Shown here in pieces: positions 39,581-52,474 of a stretch of 64,000 nt of DNA. This DNA is from Heptranchias perlo (lineage: Eukaryota): the NCBI RefSeq assembly GCF_035084215.1, contig NC_090327.1:90954001-91018000 (forward strand). Direction: 5' to 3'. The translations under genes and the position numbers were made by a program. Within the stretch, counting starts at the first letter, position 1. Each line of letters starts with the position of its first letter. The notes under the pieces are model-generated. The model worked only from the letters and a program-made list of their open reading frames with translations, did no database searches and was not told the origin of the DNA.

Positions 39581-40870
39581 CTAAAGGAGTGGTGTGGGAA
39601 GGAGGGGTTCCATCTCATGGGACACACTGGCACTAGTAATAGGACAGGAGGGAGCTGTACTATTGGAATGGGCTGCAGTTGAATCGGGCCAAGGTCCTAG
39701 CAGAAAGGATAAATAGGGTGGTAAAAAGGACTATAAACTAATAAATGGTGGCAGGGGAAGTGGGCTTAGTCAGAAACAATTGTACAAATGATAGTTTAAA
39801 GATAAATAAAAAGATCAGAGCAAAGTTCAGGTCACAAACAGTGATATGAATACTCCAGGAGAAGGGAATACTAAAATAACTAAAGTAGTTATAGCAGGAG
39901 TGACAAATAAGAAACATGTTAAATTACATGGTGTGAGAAAGACAGCATCAGGGCAGAAGGACAGGTTCAGGTCTCTTGCCCAAAAAAACAGCGAAAGTAA
40001 GACAACAAAGATAGTAAGAGCTGCAAAAAGGGAAAACGAAAAGAAACTTACGAGGGCTATCAAGAGTAACACAAAAAGTTTTTCAATTACATTCGAAGAA
40101 AAAGGGTAGTCAAGGGTAATGTGGGCCTTTTAAAAACAGATGGGGGTAATATTGCAAATGAAAATAAGGAAATGGCAGACTTGTTGAATAATTACTTTGT
40201 GTCAGTCTTCACAGTAGAGGAAGAGGATAATATATCTGACATTCCAGGGAAACTAATAATGAATCAAGGACTGGAACTCACTAAAGTTAACGAAAGCAAG
40301 AAAACAGTATTAAAAAATAATAGCACTGAAGACTGACAAATCCCCAGGACCTGATGGTTTCCATCCCAGGGTATTAAAGGAAGTAGGTAAGGAAATTGCA
40401 GATGCTTTAACCATAATCTTCCAAAGCTCTCTCGATTCAGGAATTGTCCTTTCAGATTGGAAAATTGCAAATATAACTCCATTATTTAAGAAAGGTGAGC
40501 GAGGGAAACCAGGAAATTATAGACCTGTTGATCTAACATCTGTTGTGGGGAAGTTATTGGAATCTATAATTAAGGAAAGAGTGACTGAGCACTTGGAGAA
40601 ATTTGAGCTATTTGAAGAGAGCCAACATGGATGTGTAAAGAGTAGGTCATGTCTAACAAACCTAATTGAATTTTTTGAGGAAGTAACTAAAGTAGTAGAC
40701 TGGGGAATGTCTATGGATGTAGTTTATATGGACTTCCAGAAGACATTCGATAAGGTTCCAGATAAGAAATTGCTAGCTAAAATTAAAGCGCAAGGAATTG
40801 AAGGCAAATTATTTACCTGATTAGGAGATTTGTTAGGCAGTGGAAGGCAGAGAATAGGTATAATGGGTAT
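39581..40870 (+). mobile_element. Internally deleted CR1 LINE (ORF1 remnant plus ORF2 part)
   Basis: MADLLNNYFVSVFTVE, ESQHGCVKSRSCLTNLIEFFEEVT, DFQKTFDKVP. Similar to 7300-8140. Confidence 0.85.
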
Positions 40871-41146
40871 AAGAACATAAGAAGTAGGAGCAGTTATAAG
40901 CCATACAGCCCCTCGAGCCTACTCCGCCATTCAATAAGATCATGGCTGATCTTCTACCTCAACTCCACTTTACCGCCCTATCCCCATATTCCTTGATTCC
41001 CATCGTGTCCAAAAATCTATCGATCTCAGTCTTGAATATACTCAACGACTGAGCATCTACAGTCCTCTGGGGTAGAGAATTCCAAAGATTCACAACCCTC
41101 TGAGTGAAGAAATGTTTCCTCATCTCGGTCCTAAATGGCCAACCCA

Positions 41147-41815
41147 CAGTGGATAGGGTGGTGAAGAAGGCATTCAGCATGCTTGGTTTCATTGGTCAGA
41201 ACATTGAATACAGGAGTTGGGATGTCTTGTTGAAGTTGTACAAGACATTAGTAAGGCCACACTTGGAATACTGTGTACAGTTCTGGTCACCCTATTACAG
41301 AAAGGATATTATTAAACTAGAAAGAGTGCAGAAAAGATTTACTAGGATGCTACCGGGACTTGATGGTTTGACTTATAGGGAGAGGTTGGATAGACTGGGA
41401 CTTTTTTCCCTGGAGAGTAGGAGGTTTAGGGGTGATCTTAAAGAAGTCTATAAAATAATGAGGGGCATAGATAAGGTAGATAATCAAAATCTTTTCCCAA
41501 AGGTAGGGGAGTCTATAACGAGGGGGCATAGATTTAAGGTGAGAGGGGAGAGATACAAAAGGGTCCAGAGGGGCAATTTTTTCACTCAAAGGGTGGTGAG
41601 TGTCTGGAACGAGCTGCCAGAGGCAGTAGTAGAGGCGGGTACAATTTTGTCTTTTAAAAAGCATTTGGACAGTTACATGGGTAAGATGGGTATAGAGGGA
41701 TATGGGCCAAGTGCAGGCAATTGGGACTAGCTTAGTGGTATAAACTGGGCGACATGGACATGTTGGGCCAAAGGACCTGTTTCCATGTTGTAAACTTCTG
41801 TGATTCTATGATTCT
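41147..41815 (+). mobile_element. CR1 3' fragment with 6-bp TSD
   Basis: ORF 41104-41730, (attctatg)n-type tail, TSD aaccca at 41141-41146 and 41816-41821. Confidence 0.9.
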
Positions 41816-41894
41816 AACCCATTATCTTGAGACTATGACGTCTAGTTCTAGACTCTCCAGCCGGGGAAATAGTCTCTCAGGATCTACCTTGTCA

Positions 41895-42413
41895 TAGGAA
41901 CATAAGTAGGCCAGTTAGCCCCTCGAGCTTGTTCCGCCATTCAATGAAATCATGATTGATCTGTGACCTAACTCCATATTCCCACCTTGGCCCAAATCCT
42001 TTCATACCTTTGGTTAACAAAATTCTATCAATCTCAGATTTAAAATTAATAATTGAGCTAGCATCAACTGCCTTTTGCGGAAGAGAGTTCCAAACTTGTA
42101 CCACCATTTGCATGTAGAAGTGTTTCCTCACTTCACTCCTGAAAGTCCTGTCTCTACTTTTTAGACTATGTCCCCTGGTCCTACACTCCCCAACCAGCAG
42201 AAATAGTTTCTCTCTATCTGTTCTATCAGTTCCCCTTAATATCTTGAAAACTTCAATCAAATCACCCCTTAATCTTCTAAATTTCAGGGAATACAACCCT
42301 AGTTTGTGTAATCTCTCCTCGTAATTTAACCCTTGGAGTCCAGATATCATTCTCGTAAATTGAATGGTGGATCAGGCACGAGGGGCTAAATGGCCTACTC
42401 CTGTTCCGATGTT
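41895..42413. mobile_element. Double-tailed CR1 insert: 41895-42360 (-) joined 5'-to-5' with 42361-42413 (+)
   Basis: Left end taggaacataagtaggcca is a reverse 3' tail. Right end tggcctactcctgttccgatgttcc is a forward 3' tail. ORF 41892-42350 (-). Confidence 0.75.
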
Positions 42414-42529
42414 CCCTCTAAGAATTTTATACGTTTCAATGAGATCACCTCTCATTCTTCTATAAGCACCCTCAATACTTACTTCCAATAGATGTGAGGA
42501 ACTCATAAAGTTCTTTGTTTCCAGAATCA

Positions 42530-43800
42530 CGGTTATTCTTTCACTTGCCTTTGCCTCACCGACCCCAGCCCCTCATTGCTCCCAGCACCAGCCCCCAGCC
42601 TCCATCGCACTCACACTCTTCAGCTTTTGCCTGCACTCCCCACCCCCCCAGCCCTGTCAAACTTATTTCCGCCATGAAGCCTACTCTCTGCTTCCTCAAG
42701 TTCTTTTTGACAGAAGTTTTAATGACATGACTGTCCCTTCTTAGTCCCATGCTTGCTAACATTCTTAACCACTTTCAAAATCAACTTGATGACCGCACTT
42801 CTTAAGAGTCCAACTTTGAGCCCTCTGTCTTCTCAAACTATTATCCTTTGTTTCATCCACTCTTGAACAGATCATTATTACCCAACAACATGTTCAACTC
42901 TTTCACCATTTCCTGTTTGAATCCCCCAGTCTGGTTTAAATACTCATCTATATCATCAGTACTATTCCTGGTCAAAGTTACAGTTAACAACTAGTGTGCT
43001 GCAGCAGCTTGCTGTGACTTCTGTTTCTCCCGACTGTCTTCAACATTGTTAACCATTCTAATCTTCTCCACTGTCTCCCCTCCATTGCACAGCTCTGTGG
43101 CTCAAGAATTATATAATGTTATAGTACAGAAACAGGCCTTTCAGTCCATCAAGTCTGTGCTGGTGGTCTATTCCCCACATGAACCACCTCGTCTAATCCC
43201 GCTCTCCTGCTTATTCCCCATACCTTTTAATATCCCTCTTTATAAAGCAACTATCAAATTACATTTTCAAAGTATTTTTGGACGGTGCTTAAACAATGGT
43301 TTCTGGCAGAAAATATCACATTCTCATCACCCTCTGTGTAAAAAAAAATGTTCTAACCTCCTTTTTGGTGATTTTCTTAAATTTGTGCTCCCTTCTTAAT
43401 GTATCGCTGACCAGGGGAAACAATCTATCACAACTTATTATAATTCTTCACAATCTTGATTCTCTTATCTGTGCTGTCATCACCTCAAGAATCAATTTCT
43501 CAAATGCTCTTCTTTCTAGCATACGAACATACGAAAAAGACCTTAGAAACATCCAGCCTCACTACCTCCACCCTTCACAAACTTCAGTTAATCCATTATG
43601 TTGTGGCCCAAGTCCTCCTGTGCATAAAGCCTGTCAGCCCTATCCCTGCCAAGCTGCATTGCTTTTCTCTGGTCTCGTAAATTTATGTCAAATTGATCTT
43701 CAAATCCCTTCACAGCCATGCTGCACCCTATCTGGGAAACCTTCTCCAGCCATATACTTCAATCCTGGTACTCCTGATTACTGCTCGTTTAATGCAGAAG
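42530..43800 (+). mobile_element. Very degenerate L2 with an old CR1 3' fragment (-) at ~43108-43455
   Basis: CAVITSRINFSNALL and TLHKLQLIH resemble L2 ORF2. 43108-43455 resembles a CR1 3' end in reverse. Confidence 0.55.
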
Positions 43801-44383
43801 TTTCAGCCACCACATGCCTGCCTTCTGCAATTGTGCTCCAAACAAAATTCACCTTATTGCACCTAACTGTCATTATAAAGCCTCCGCAAAACCTGTTTCT
43901 TCGACTCCTCCTTTGGTCTCCCCATAACCAAATTAATTTATTTCCCCTTGTATATGATGAATGGTATACAATTGTAAATTCGTGTTGAGTATTTTCATCC
44001 ATATGTGCTAACCCTTTTCTTTATAACTGAGTCCACACTACACCAGAATTCCAATTATTTGCATGCAAAATAATGCGAAAGAGACTAACTATATGGATAT
44101 GCATTCATTTTGTTATTTAATTTATGCTTTGATGGTCATGGTGATAGTAGGTCTAAGTATTTTTTCCTGATTGGCCATCATGGTGATGGAGACCAATGAT
44201 GAGTGTGCTGTCAATGTGGGAAAACATCCATACTAAAATATTAATGATTGTGATGTAATCACGACAAGTTTATCAAGTGATAATCCACAGTTGAAAAATG
44301 GGAGAGGGGCGGGGGGGGGGTCAAAGAACTGCTCTGGTTGCTGTGACATTGATGCCATAAACATGTTGGTCCTGAAAGATTTT

Positions 44384-47381
44384 GGGCTCCATTGTAGCAC
44401 CCGGTATCGGGTGTGTTCCTGGCGGGGGGGCTCCGAAAATCGGGGAATCCCGGAGTGGGTCGGGAGCCAGCAATTAAAGCCAGCGGGGTGCCACTTAACA
44501 ATATTTATCTAGCTATTTCAGGTCATTAACAGACCTGATCAAGGGAATATGTCAGGAGGGGTGGGATTTTAGAAACAACTGGGACTGTTTCCCAAACTAG
44601 GGGAAACACTCCCTGTTGAAATGGACGTGTTGCAGCTATTAGCCTGTGGCAGCTGCAAAGGTCCATTTGACAGGTGTGGGGGGAGACCCTCACTCATTGC
44701 AGGAGGCCACTCTGTCACTTGGGACAAAGTTTGGCCTCCACCACCCTCCACTTGACAATCAAATTCACCAACTTGCACACTTACCCTGGGGTCCAGAGAC
44801 ATATACCTACCTTGCAGACCCCCTCAGATGTACATCTTGCGGATGGGGGCCGCCGTAGCTGCAGTCATGACCTCCTCGGAAGGTGAACAGCATCACTAGC
44901 CTCGCCGGCCAAGCCGTCCACCTCTGACACGTGGAGCTCCACAACACAGTGCTGTGACACATCCACCTGCACAGCAGGAGGGAGGGAAACCGCAGCGAGA
45001 GACGCGTTGCAGGGGGCACTACCCTCGCCACAGGGTCCACAGACCGAGGCTCAGCTTCCTGGACCTCTCTGAGCAGCAGTGCACACGGGGGTTGAGCGTC
45101 ACTCGACATGTAGTCGTGGACATCTGCAGCCTCCTTCATGCCAAGCTGCTCCTGGCTGGCCCGAGCACCATCTTCTTACCTGTCGCTGTCAAAGTCACCA
45201 CTGCCATCAACAACTTCTCCTCCGCATCCTTCCAGGGTGCCACCGGGGACATCACCGACGTCTCTCAGTCGTCTGCACAAAAGAGCCCTGCAAATACACC
45301 TACACCCACTCTGCAGTGACACAATGGGTGGCATCAGGTGTGGGTCTTCATTGTGATCCTCAGGAAAGGGCAATATTGCACAAACCAGACAAGATTTGCA
45401 AAGACGTGGCAGTAGTGGTGCCAACATAATATGTGATGTGAGTTGGTCAGAAATCAATAGAAGTAAAATCCATGACAAACCCGCAAACACCCTTGTGCAT
45501 CCCCTTCATGCTCACAACACGTTTGCCTTACGCTTCCTACTGCACATATGTGATGCATGCCCTGTGGCTGCAGCACAGGTAGTGCCAGGTTGAGTGAGGC
45601 TGACCGTGAAAGAGATGCATGAGAGGGTGAGTATGTGATAGAGCCATGAGATTGTATGAGGATTGGGTTGAGTGGTAGTGGTAAGGTGAGTAAGTGCAGG
45701 TAAGATGAGGATGAGCTTTGAGTGGGTGTGAGGGGTGATGTGACAGAGTAGTGTTGGCAGTGCAGAAGGAGATGTGGGGTGGGGGCAGTGATGTGGCAGA
45801 TGGTAGTGGTTGTTGGAGGCCAATCATCTCAACCCCAGGGCATTGCTGCTGGAGTTCCTCAGGGCAGTGTCCTAGGCCCAACCATCTTCAGCTGCTATAT
45901 CAATGACCTTCCCTCCATCATAAGGTCAGAAATGGGGATGTTCGCTGATGACTGCACAGTGTTCAGTTCCATTCGCAACCCCTCAGATAATGAAGCAGTC
46001 CGAGCCTGCATGCAGCAAGACCTGGACAACATCCAGGCTTGGGCTCATAAGTGGCAAGTAACATTCGCGCCAGGTAAGTGCCAGGCAATGACCATCTCCA
46101 ACAAGAGAGAGTCTAACCACCTCCCCTTGACATTCAACGGCATTACCATCGCCGAATCCCCCACCATCAACATCCTGGGGCTCACCATTGACCAGAAACT
46201 TAACTGGACCAGCCATATAAATACCGTGGCTATGAGAGCAGGTCAGAGGCTGGGTATTCTGCGGCGAGTGACTCACCTCCTGACTCCCCAAATCCTTTCC
46301 ACCATCTACAAGGCACAAGTCAGGAGTGTGATGGAATACTCTCCACTTGCCTGGATGAGTGCAGCTCCAACAACACTCAAGAAGCTCGACACCATCCAAG
46401 ATAAAGCAGCCCGCTTGATTGGCACCCCATCCACCACCCTAAACATTAACTCCCTTCACCACCGGCGCACTGTGGCTGCAGTGTGCACCATCCACAGGAT
46501 GCACTGCAGCAACTCGCCAAGGCTTCTTCGACAGCACCTCCCAAACCCGCGACCTCTACCACCTGGAAGGACAAGGGCAGCAGGCGCATGGGAACAATAC
46601 CACCTGCACGTTCTCCTCCAAGTCACACACCATCCCGACTTGGAAATATATCGCCGTTCCTTCATTGTCGCTGGGTCAAAATCCTGGAACTCCCTTCCTA
46701 ACAGCACTGTGGGAGAACCGTCACCACACGGACTGCAGCGGTTCAAGAAGGCGGCTCACCACCACCTTCTCGAGGGCAATTAGGGATGGGCAATAAATGC
46801 CGGCCTTGCCAGCGACGCCCACATCCCGTGAATGAATAAAAAAAAAGACGGAGAGTAGGGAAATGAGTGTACTCACTTTGGCTGACCTACTTAGGTCATT
46901 GGAGCGCCTCCTGCACTGTACGCAGGTGGGCGATATGTTGGTGGTGCAGGTGACCTCCTCTGCCACCTCAAGCCAGGCCTTCCTGGTGGCAGAGGCAGGC
47001 CACTTCCTCCCACCTGCCGGGGGGAAGATCTCTGTCCTCCCCCTCCTCCTCACCCCATCTAATGACACCTGGAATGAGGCATCATTAAACTGGGAGCAGC
47101 CTATCTCCTGGGCTGCTCCATGCTGTATTTTTTCCGATTTGTTGCAGCATCAGTCAGTGGAGGACTGCCCCTTTAAATAGGGCTCCTCCAGCTGACAGAC
47201 CTTACTGCGCATGCGCAGTCCGCCCGACATGCAGATCAGCAGCGGGGAACCCGGAAGACCAGGTAAATGGATCCAATTAGGCTGCGATCGCGCGCGGGGC
47301 AGACTGACTTCGTCAGGCGTGTTATCCACGTGCCCAATAGCCCCCCCGCCGTAAACCCGCAGCCCTGGCAATATCGAGCCC
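44384..47381 (-). mobile_element. Second copy of the 2-kb non-autonomous Harbinger, inverted relative to 27772-29781, with a LINE in its Myb intron
   Basis: TIRs gggctccattgta / caatatcgagccc with TSD TTT at 44381-44383 and 47382-47384. Transposase stub on + (44954-45319: VAVKVTTAINNFSSASFQGATGD); Myb exon on - (~46876-47121). Confidence 0.88.
45801..46846 (+). mobile_element. CR1-group LINE family B, 3' fragment with an uninterrupted RT C-terminal frame
   Basis: ORF 45779-46783 (PQGSVLGP, FADD) and aatgaat plus A-tail. Inserted at ggcaga|cggag of the Harbinger intron. Confidence 0.93.
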
Positions 47382-48293
47382 TTTGTCTCAGTGTTCGCAG
47401 GGTCAGCCAGAGAGTATCTCATTTGTCATCAGGACGACATCATGAAGGTGGATTCCAGCCACGCCATTTGTGCTGAATCGTGGATCTGAGTGCCGACTGA
47501 TCAGTGGAAGAGAGGGCCCGATAATATTAGTTAGGTCCTGCCGACCCTGAGAGATGTTGCCTCAAATCTCTCAGAAGCATCCATGTTGAATGCACTGACT
47601 GGTCCAGAGGCCTCTCTATCGGGGAGTAGAGCTGCAGATGCTCCTGGTGCTACCACTTCATTGTGCCAAATCCTTCTCAGTTATTGGCACTGAGGATAGC
47701 ATTGGACTTCATTGTGACCTCTGCCATCTGTCTCAGGACATCAGAGGTTGTCCTCAGTGCCTCTATGTGAACGTGATGCTCATCCAGCATCCTTCTTTTT
47801 TGAGCAGGACCCCAAAGGGCTGTCTATGAAGTCTCCACTTCCCAATGACAAACCCCACTTTCATCTCTGACTCCTCTGGCAGCAAGAGTGTAACGAGTGA
47901 AGGAGTGTCGAGCATTTGAAAAAAAAATTGCAGAAAGGGTGAGCAGGTAGCTTTCCTTGGCTACTCTGGTGAGGTGGATAAACATTTTTGTGCACTGCAA
48001 AGGAATCCTGAGGATCAAGGAAGTGCCACAGCAACCTGCATCCACAAAGCATGAACCACATTCTTAGCAGGGCTCTGGCCCCTGACCTCCAACCCTAAAC
48101 AAACTGTTCCTTCCTGATCAGTGTCTCTGTTATGAGGACATGCAGGTTCCAGGTCCCTGAAGTTTGCCACTCATTTCATCAATTTGGCTGCTAACCTTCC
48201 TTCAGTGCTGCCATTTTTCCTTTAAACAGCAGCAGATTTTACATCCACCACTTACGAGGAAATGTATTGATCTTTAAAATACAGGGGGGATGT

Positions 48294-48480
48294 GGGGAGA
48301 ATTTCAACCTATCCGACCCAGTGGGAAACTGACAGGATCGGATCAACCGCCCATTTTACACCATGACTGATTTTACTTTCCATTGAAATCAGTGCAATGT
48401 AAAATCAAGCGGGGTGTAAAACGGACGGTTGTCGGATCTTGTCAGTTTCCCGCTGGGCCAGAAAGGTTAAAATTATCCTC
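48294..48480. mobile_element. Palindromic MITE (~187 bp)
   Basis: Nested inverted blocks across the whole length: cccagtgggaaactgacaggatc / gatcttgtcagtttcccgctggg, ttttacacc / ggtgtaaaa, tgattttac / gtaaaatca. Confidence 0.75.
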
Positions 48481-50099
48481 TTGATATGTTTGCTTATTCA
48501 AAACAATAGGATAGACTTTCATTTGCCCTGCACCTGACAGATCAACATTCCCAGCTACAGGGAAGAAAAAAATGTGAGGGAGCTCCCTTACATCAGGGCC
48601 TAGAAATTCAACAACGCAGCGCCCATTTTTCGGGCCTGTTTGAAGCCCCCTCTTCAATATTGGTTTGCCCTGAGGCGGCCAGCACCGGCTGTATTCAGGA
48701 TAACCAGGTCTACATATGGCCTAACAGGCAGCCCTTAAAGGAACCGCTGCAGGCTGCCGCCTACAAGGTTCAGTGTTTAAAATAAAGTTACCTGGATGTG
48801 AATACACCCAGCGCCTATCTAATTTGTAGGCTCATGTCTCCGCTCCCAATCCAATCCAATGGCCCAGCGTATTCTGCAGCTTTTCCACAATGCCTGAGCA
48901 TTCACCTATAAATGAGGTGGGAGAGGGCATCCCTAACTTCCTCTAACTCAGCTCAGTGGGCTCCCCATCAGAGGGGTGACGGTTGCTTCCCCTTAGGTGC
49001 AGCAGACCTATGGCCACCTGCACATTTTGGGTGCCCACGGAGGAAAATTACCCTAAATATTTTCTTTAAAGAATATTTTTTGCTATAGCTCATTAGGGAG
49101 ACTGACTTGGAAGCACTTATTGAGCCCCTCTGAATGACAACACACAGTTGAAGCATATTGGGCTCATGCCCACAGCTATGCTGATATAAGTTCAGTTCCC
49201 TCACTTTATTCGGTTTAAAAACTTCTGCAAGCTATTTACACACACTGGGGGCAATTTTAACTTTTTGTAACTGCCATCAGTGGAGCAGAAATGGCCTCAA
49301 AATGGAGTTGGTAGCCTTATCGCCCCACTAACCCTGACGATGCGGCCGATGCCATTTTGAAAGAAGCCTACTGCCTGCTTTACTGCCTATTAATATGTAA
49401 ATCAGGATCCTAGGAGCCCAATTGTCATTCTAGGTTAGAACTGGGAGTGGTGATCCACGGGCGATAAAACCAAAGAGACCCAGCAAAGGTACGTTTGAAA
49501 TTATTTTCATGGAACCTGCAGGTGTGCTCCTCCGAGCCCTGCAAAAGTAATCTGGGCCCAGACTACTCCGAAAGTCAAAACTGACCCTACTGTCTAAACA
49601 GCTTTAATAAAAATCAAACAGATACAAAAGAAAGAGGAAGAATGCTGAAACTAATCACAATCCTACTTTTTTAAAAAATGCTATTAAGAATAAATACCAA
49701 ACCTTCAACAAAGAAATTTAATTAAAAAGACAAATTTAAGCATTAGATAAATAAGAACTGAAACATACCAAAATATTTTGCTGATAAAATTTATGCAAAC
49801 ACAACAAAAATATTAACTAGGGAAAATGCAAATTATCCACTGTGTTAACTTTGTGCAGATGCTCAAATAAATTAGTTTTGGTTTTAAAATGTATTTTATT
49901 TGCTGGAAAAATAAACTGCAAAAGAGCAAAACCGAATCTCAAAAAGAATTTGTTTAAATGTAATTTCAACTGCACATCAAAATGAAAATACTTCTTGACT
50001 GCTTACAGCGTAAAGACATTCACATCTCAATAGATCTCCAGAAGGTTCTGTAACTGGACAGTCAAAACCAAAAAGTGCTAAAATCCCAGAAAAAAACTT

Positions 50100-51150
50100 G
50101 CAAATTATAAGAACTCAAAAACAAATAATGTGAGGTACTGATGTGATAAGTCAATTGATCCTATATTGTGCATTTAAAGGCAAGTGTTTAAATAGTTTGC
50201 ACCTTGGTCCCATTAACAATGTAATGCTTGGTGATTGGGAAAGCAACATTCAGGGAGGTAGTGAGAGGAATTACAGGAGGAGAGGGAATGGATTACAAAT
50301 CCTACAAGTGGGTGTGAGTTGGTAACATGGAAAGTGAGAACTAATGAGGAAGAGCAGAGTGGTAAAAGTCTGCACAGGAGAATCAGTAAGGCATAGAGGT
50401 GTGGTGGGACAGCATAAAGATGCAAAATATATCACAGAACCAGCTTTGGATAATGGGTCCAAGTCAGTTTAGCTTCTTGTTAAGGAATAATTATGACATA
50501 CTACCAACTAGGTTGGATTTGGTGAGCCGTCAGGGTGCGAGGTTCAGGGAACATGTCCAATTTAGGAAACATCCTGTTGGCCTGCTATGCTTCAGTAGAG
50601 CTATACACTTGGTACCAGGAATTGGCAAGGATGAATTGCAGCAGCAGATCAGTGAGGTAAAAGACAACCACCAAAAAGGACAGGTCTTAATTGACTTTGT
50701 GAAGGAGGGCCAGCAACTGAAGAGTAGCAGAAAAAAGAAAAAAGGTGAATTGTCATAAATTGTGAAAGATTAGAGACCGACAGCAGAATTTGGAAACAAG
50801 ATATTTTTCTCTTGAAGGTTATTAGCACCAATCTGATAAGTGTTTCTGCTCAACATGTTAAGGATCAAGAACTGGTGACTCCATGGGAGAGTAAGATAAA
50901 ACAAGTGCATGAAAGAAAGCTGCTGAAATATGTAGAGTGGGTGGCTGAGTACAGACGTACAGGATGGAAATGTGAGGTTAATGCCATGGAGATGGGATAT
51001 CGGGGACTGTGGGAGAATGATTGAGAAAGTTCTTAAGAAGGCTAGGATTGAGTAGATCTAGGACCAGTAGTGTGATCATGAGGATTGAAAATGCATTGGG
51101 AAGGTCATTGCTCACTATCTCATGAGAAACAGACTAAGACAAGAATGACT
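50100..51150 (+). mobile_element. HERO-clade (RLE endonuclease) non-LTR retrotransposon, 3' remnant
   Basis: LWIMGPSQFSFLLRNNYDILPT, LRPD, ELVTPWE..VHERKLLKY...GWKCEVNAMEMGYRG match RLE motifs (RPD, ELTVPWE, ERK..KY, VEVG.RG). Confidence 0.72.
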
Positions 51151-52351
51151 GTGGAGGGACACCCCCACTAAATAGCTTCTTAGGTTGAGTGGGATTGTAT
51201 TGAAGGCTAAAATTGCTGTGATGCCTGGCAACACCTGATGACTTGTAGGGTGAGGGAAGCAGCAGTTTGTCCAATGCAGAACTGTGATTCTGCCATGAAA
51301 ATTTGCACATTATTCCCTTTTCTGATCCAATTTGAACAGTGCTGTAAATATCAGAAAATACTGCTGTCTTGGTTGACTCTGATCAGCTGTGCTTTTCCAG
51401 TTATTGGTTTGGCTATACCTTCGTAAGGAAGCCAATTTCTGAAAACAGCTTATGGATCTATTTTTATTTATTGAAGACTATGCTCAATGTGACTTGGGGT
51501 AAACTTTCAATCCATATAATGGTAATCAAATGTTTTGACTGTAGGATTTACCTATAGGTCAAGCTTCAAAACTAAAAATATAATAAAAAAATCACTTGGT
51601 AGACTCAAGTGGAAAGCTGTTTGAATGTTGTAGACTAGTTCATAGAAAATTATTTCACAGGCAAGTGTGACAGAGAAGTTTATAATACAGGATAACTCAT
51701 CCTAGGTTGGAAGAATAGAACCACAGTTCCCACCTATTTGAGATGGATATGGACCAAAGAAAGATTATTCCTTCAAAAACTATGTAGGAAAAATAAGCTC
51801 CCAAAACAAAGTTTGTTACTGTTATATACTGCAGTATTTGCACTTTCTATGTAACAGTGAACAACCCCGAAGCTATGATCACTGCATGAAATCACTAGAT
51901 AATCTAATTTAAGTGCATTCAGAAACACTTGATGAATTATGATCACCTTGACCATCCCAATGGTATTTCATTTACAGCTTCAAAATGGCATATGTTCAAG
52001 GTTAAAAAAAACAAGTGTCCTGAGAATTTATAATAGAAAATACTACAATATTCCCCCAAGCTTTAAGGTTCAGGTCTGCCTTGTGAGGAGATGGCCTAAT
52101 GTGGACATCCCGAGCTCAGCTGGGGACAAATTGTTGAGGGAAGTTTGAAGTGAGACAGATGTTGCTAGATGCAACACTTTTATGCATTATAAATTTAATG
52201 AAACTTGTACGAAATCCTATTGTCCTGTTTTCAGTGTGTCCTTGTGCAGTCAGAAGCTCAGTGTAGAAGTCAGCTACTAATGCAATCAGCACTATTAATA
52301 AATGATCTAAAGAAATAATGATTACAATGTCATAATGAGAAATTTACTGAG

Positions 52352-52474
52352 AAACATAAGAACATAAGAAATAGGAGCAGGAATAGGCCCTTTGAGTCTG
52401 CTCCACCATTCAATCAGATCATGGCTGATCTTCGACCTCAACTCCACTTTCCCACCTGATCCTCATATCCCTTG
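52352..52474 (-). mobile_element. CR1 3' tail fragment
   Basis: aacataagaacataagaaataggagcagg..., the same tail type as 40872. Confidence 0.8.

Larger units (their letters stand above)
40872..42462 (-). mobile_element. CR1 3' fragment in three pieces (40872-41146, 41816-41894, 42414-42462) hosting two nested inserts
   Basis: Starts with the aagaacataaga tail. The minus-strand CR1 sequence is continuous across both inserts. Confidence 0.8.

Noticed and set aside
43296-43988. 230-aa ORF
   Set aside because: Chance open frame spanning an antisense CR1 remnant and decayed L2; no coherent domain.
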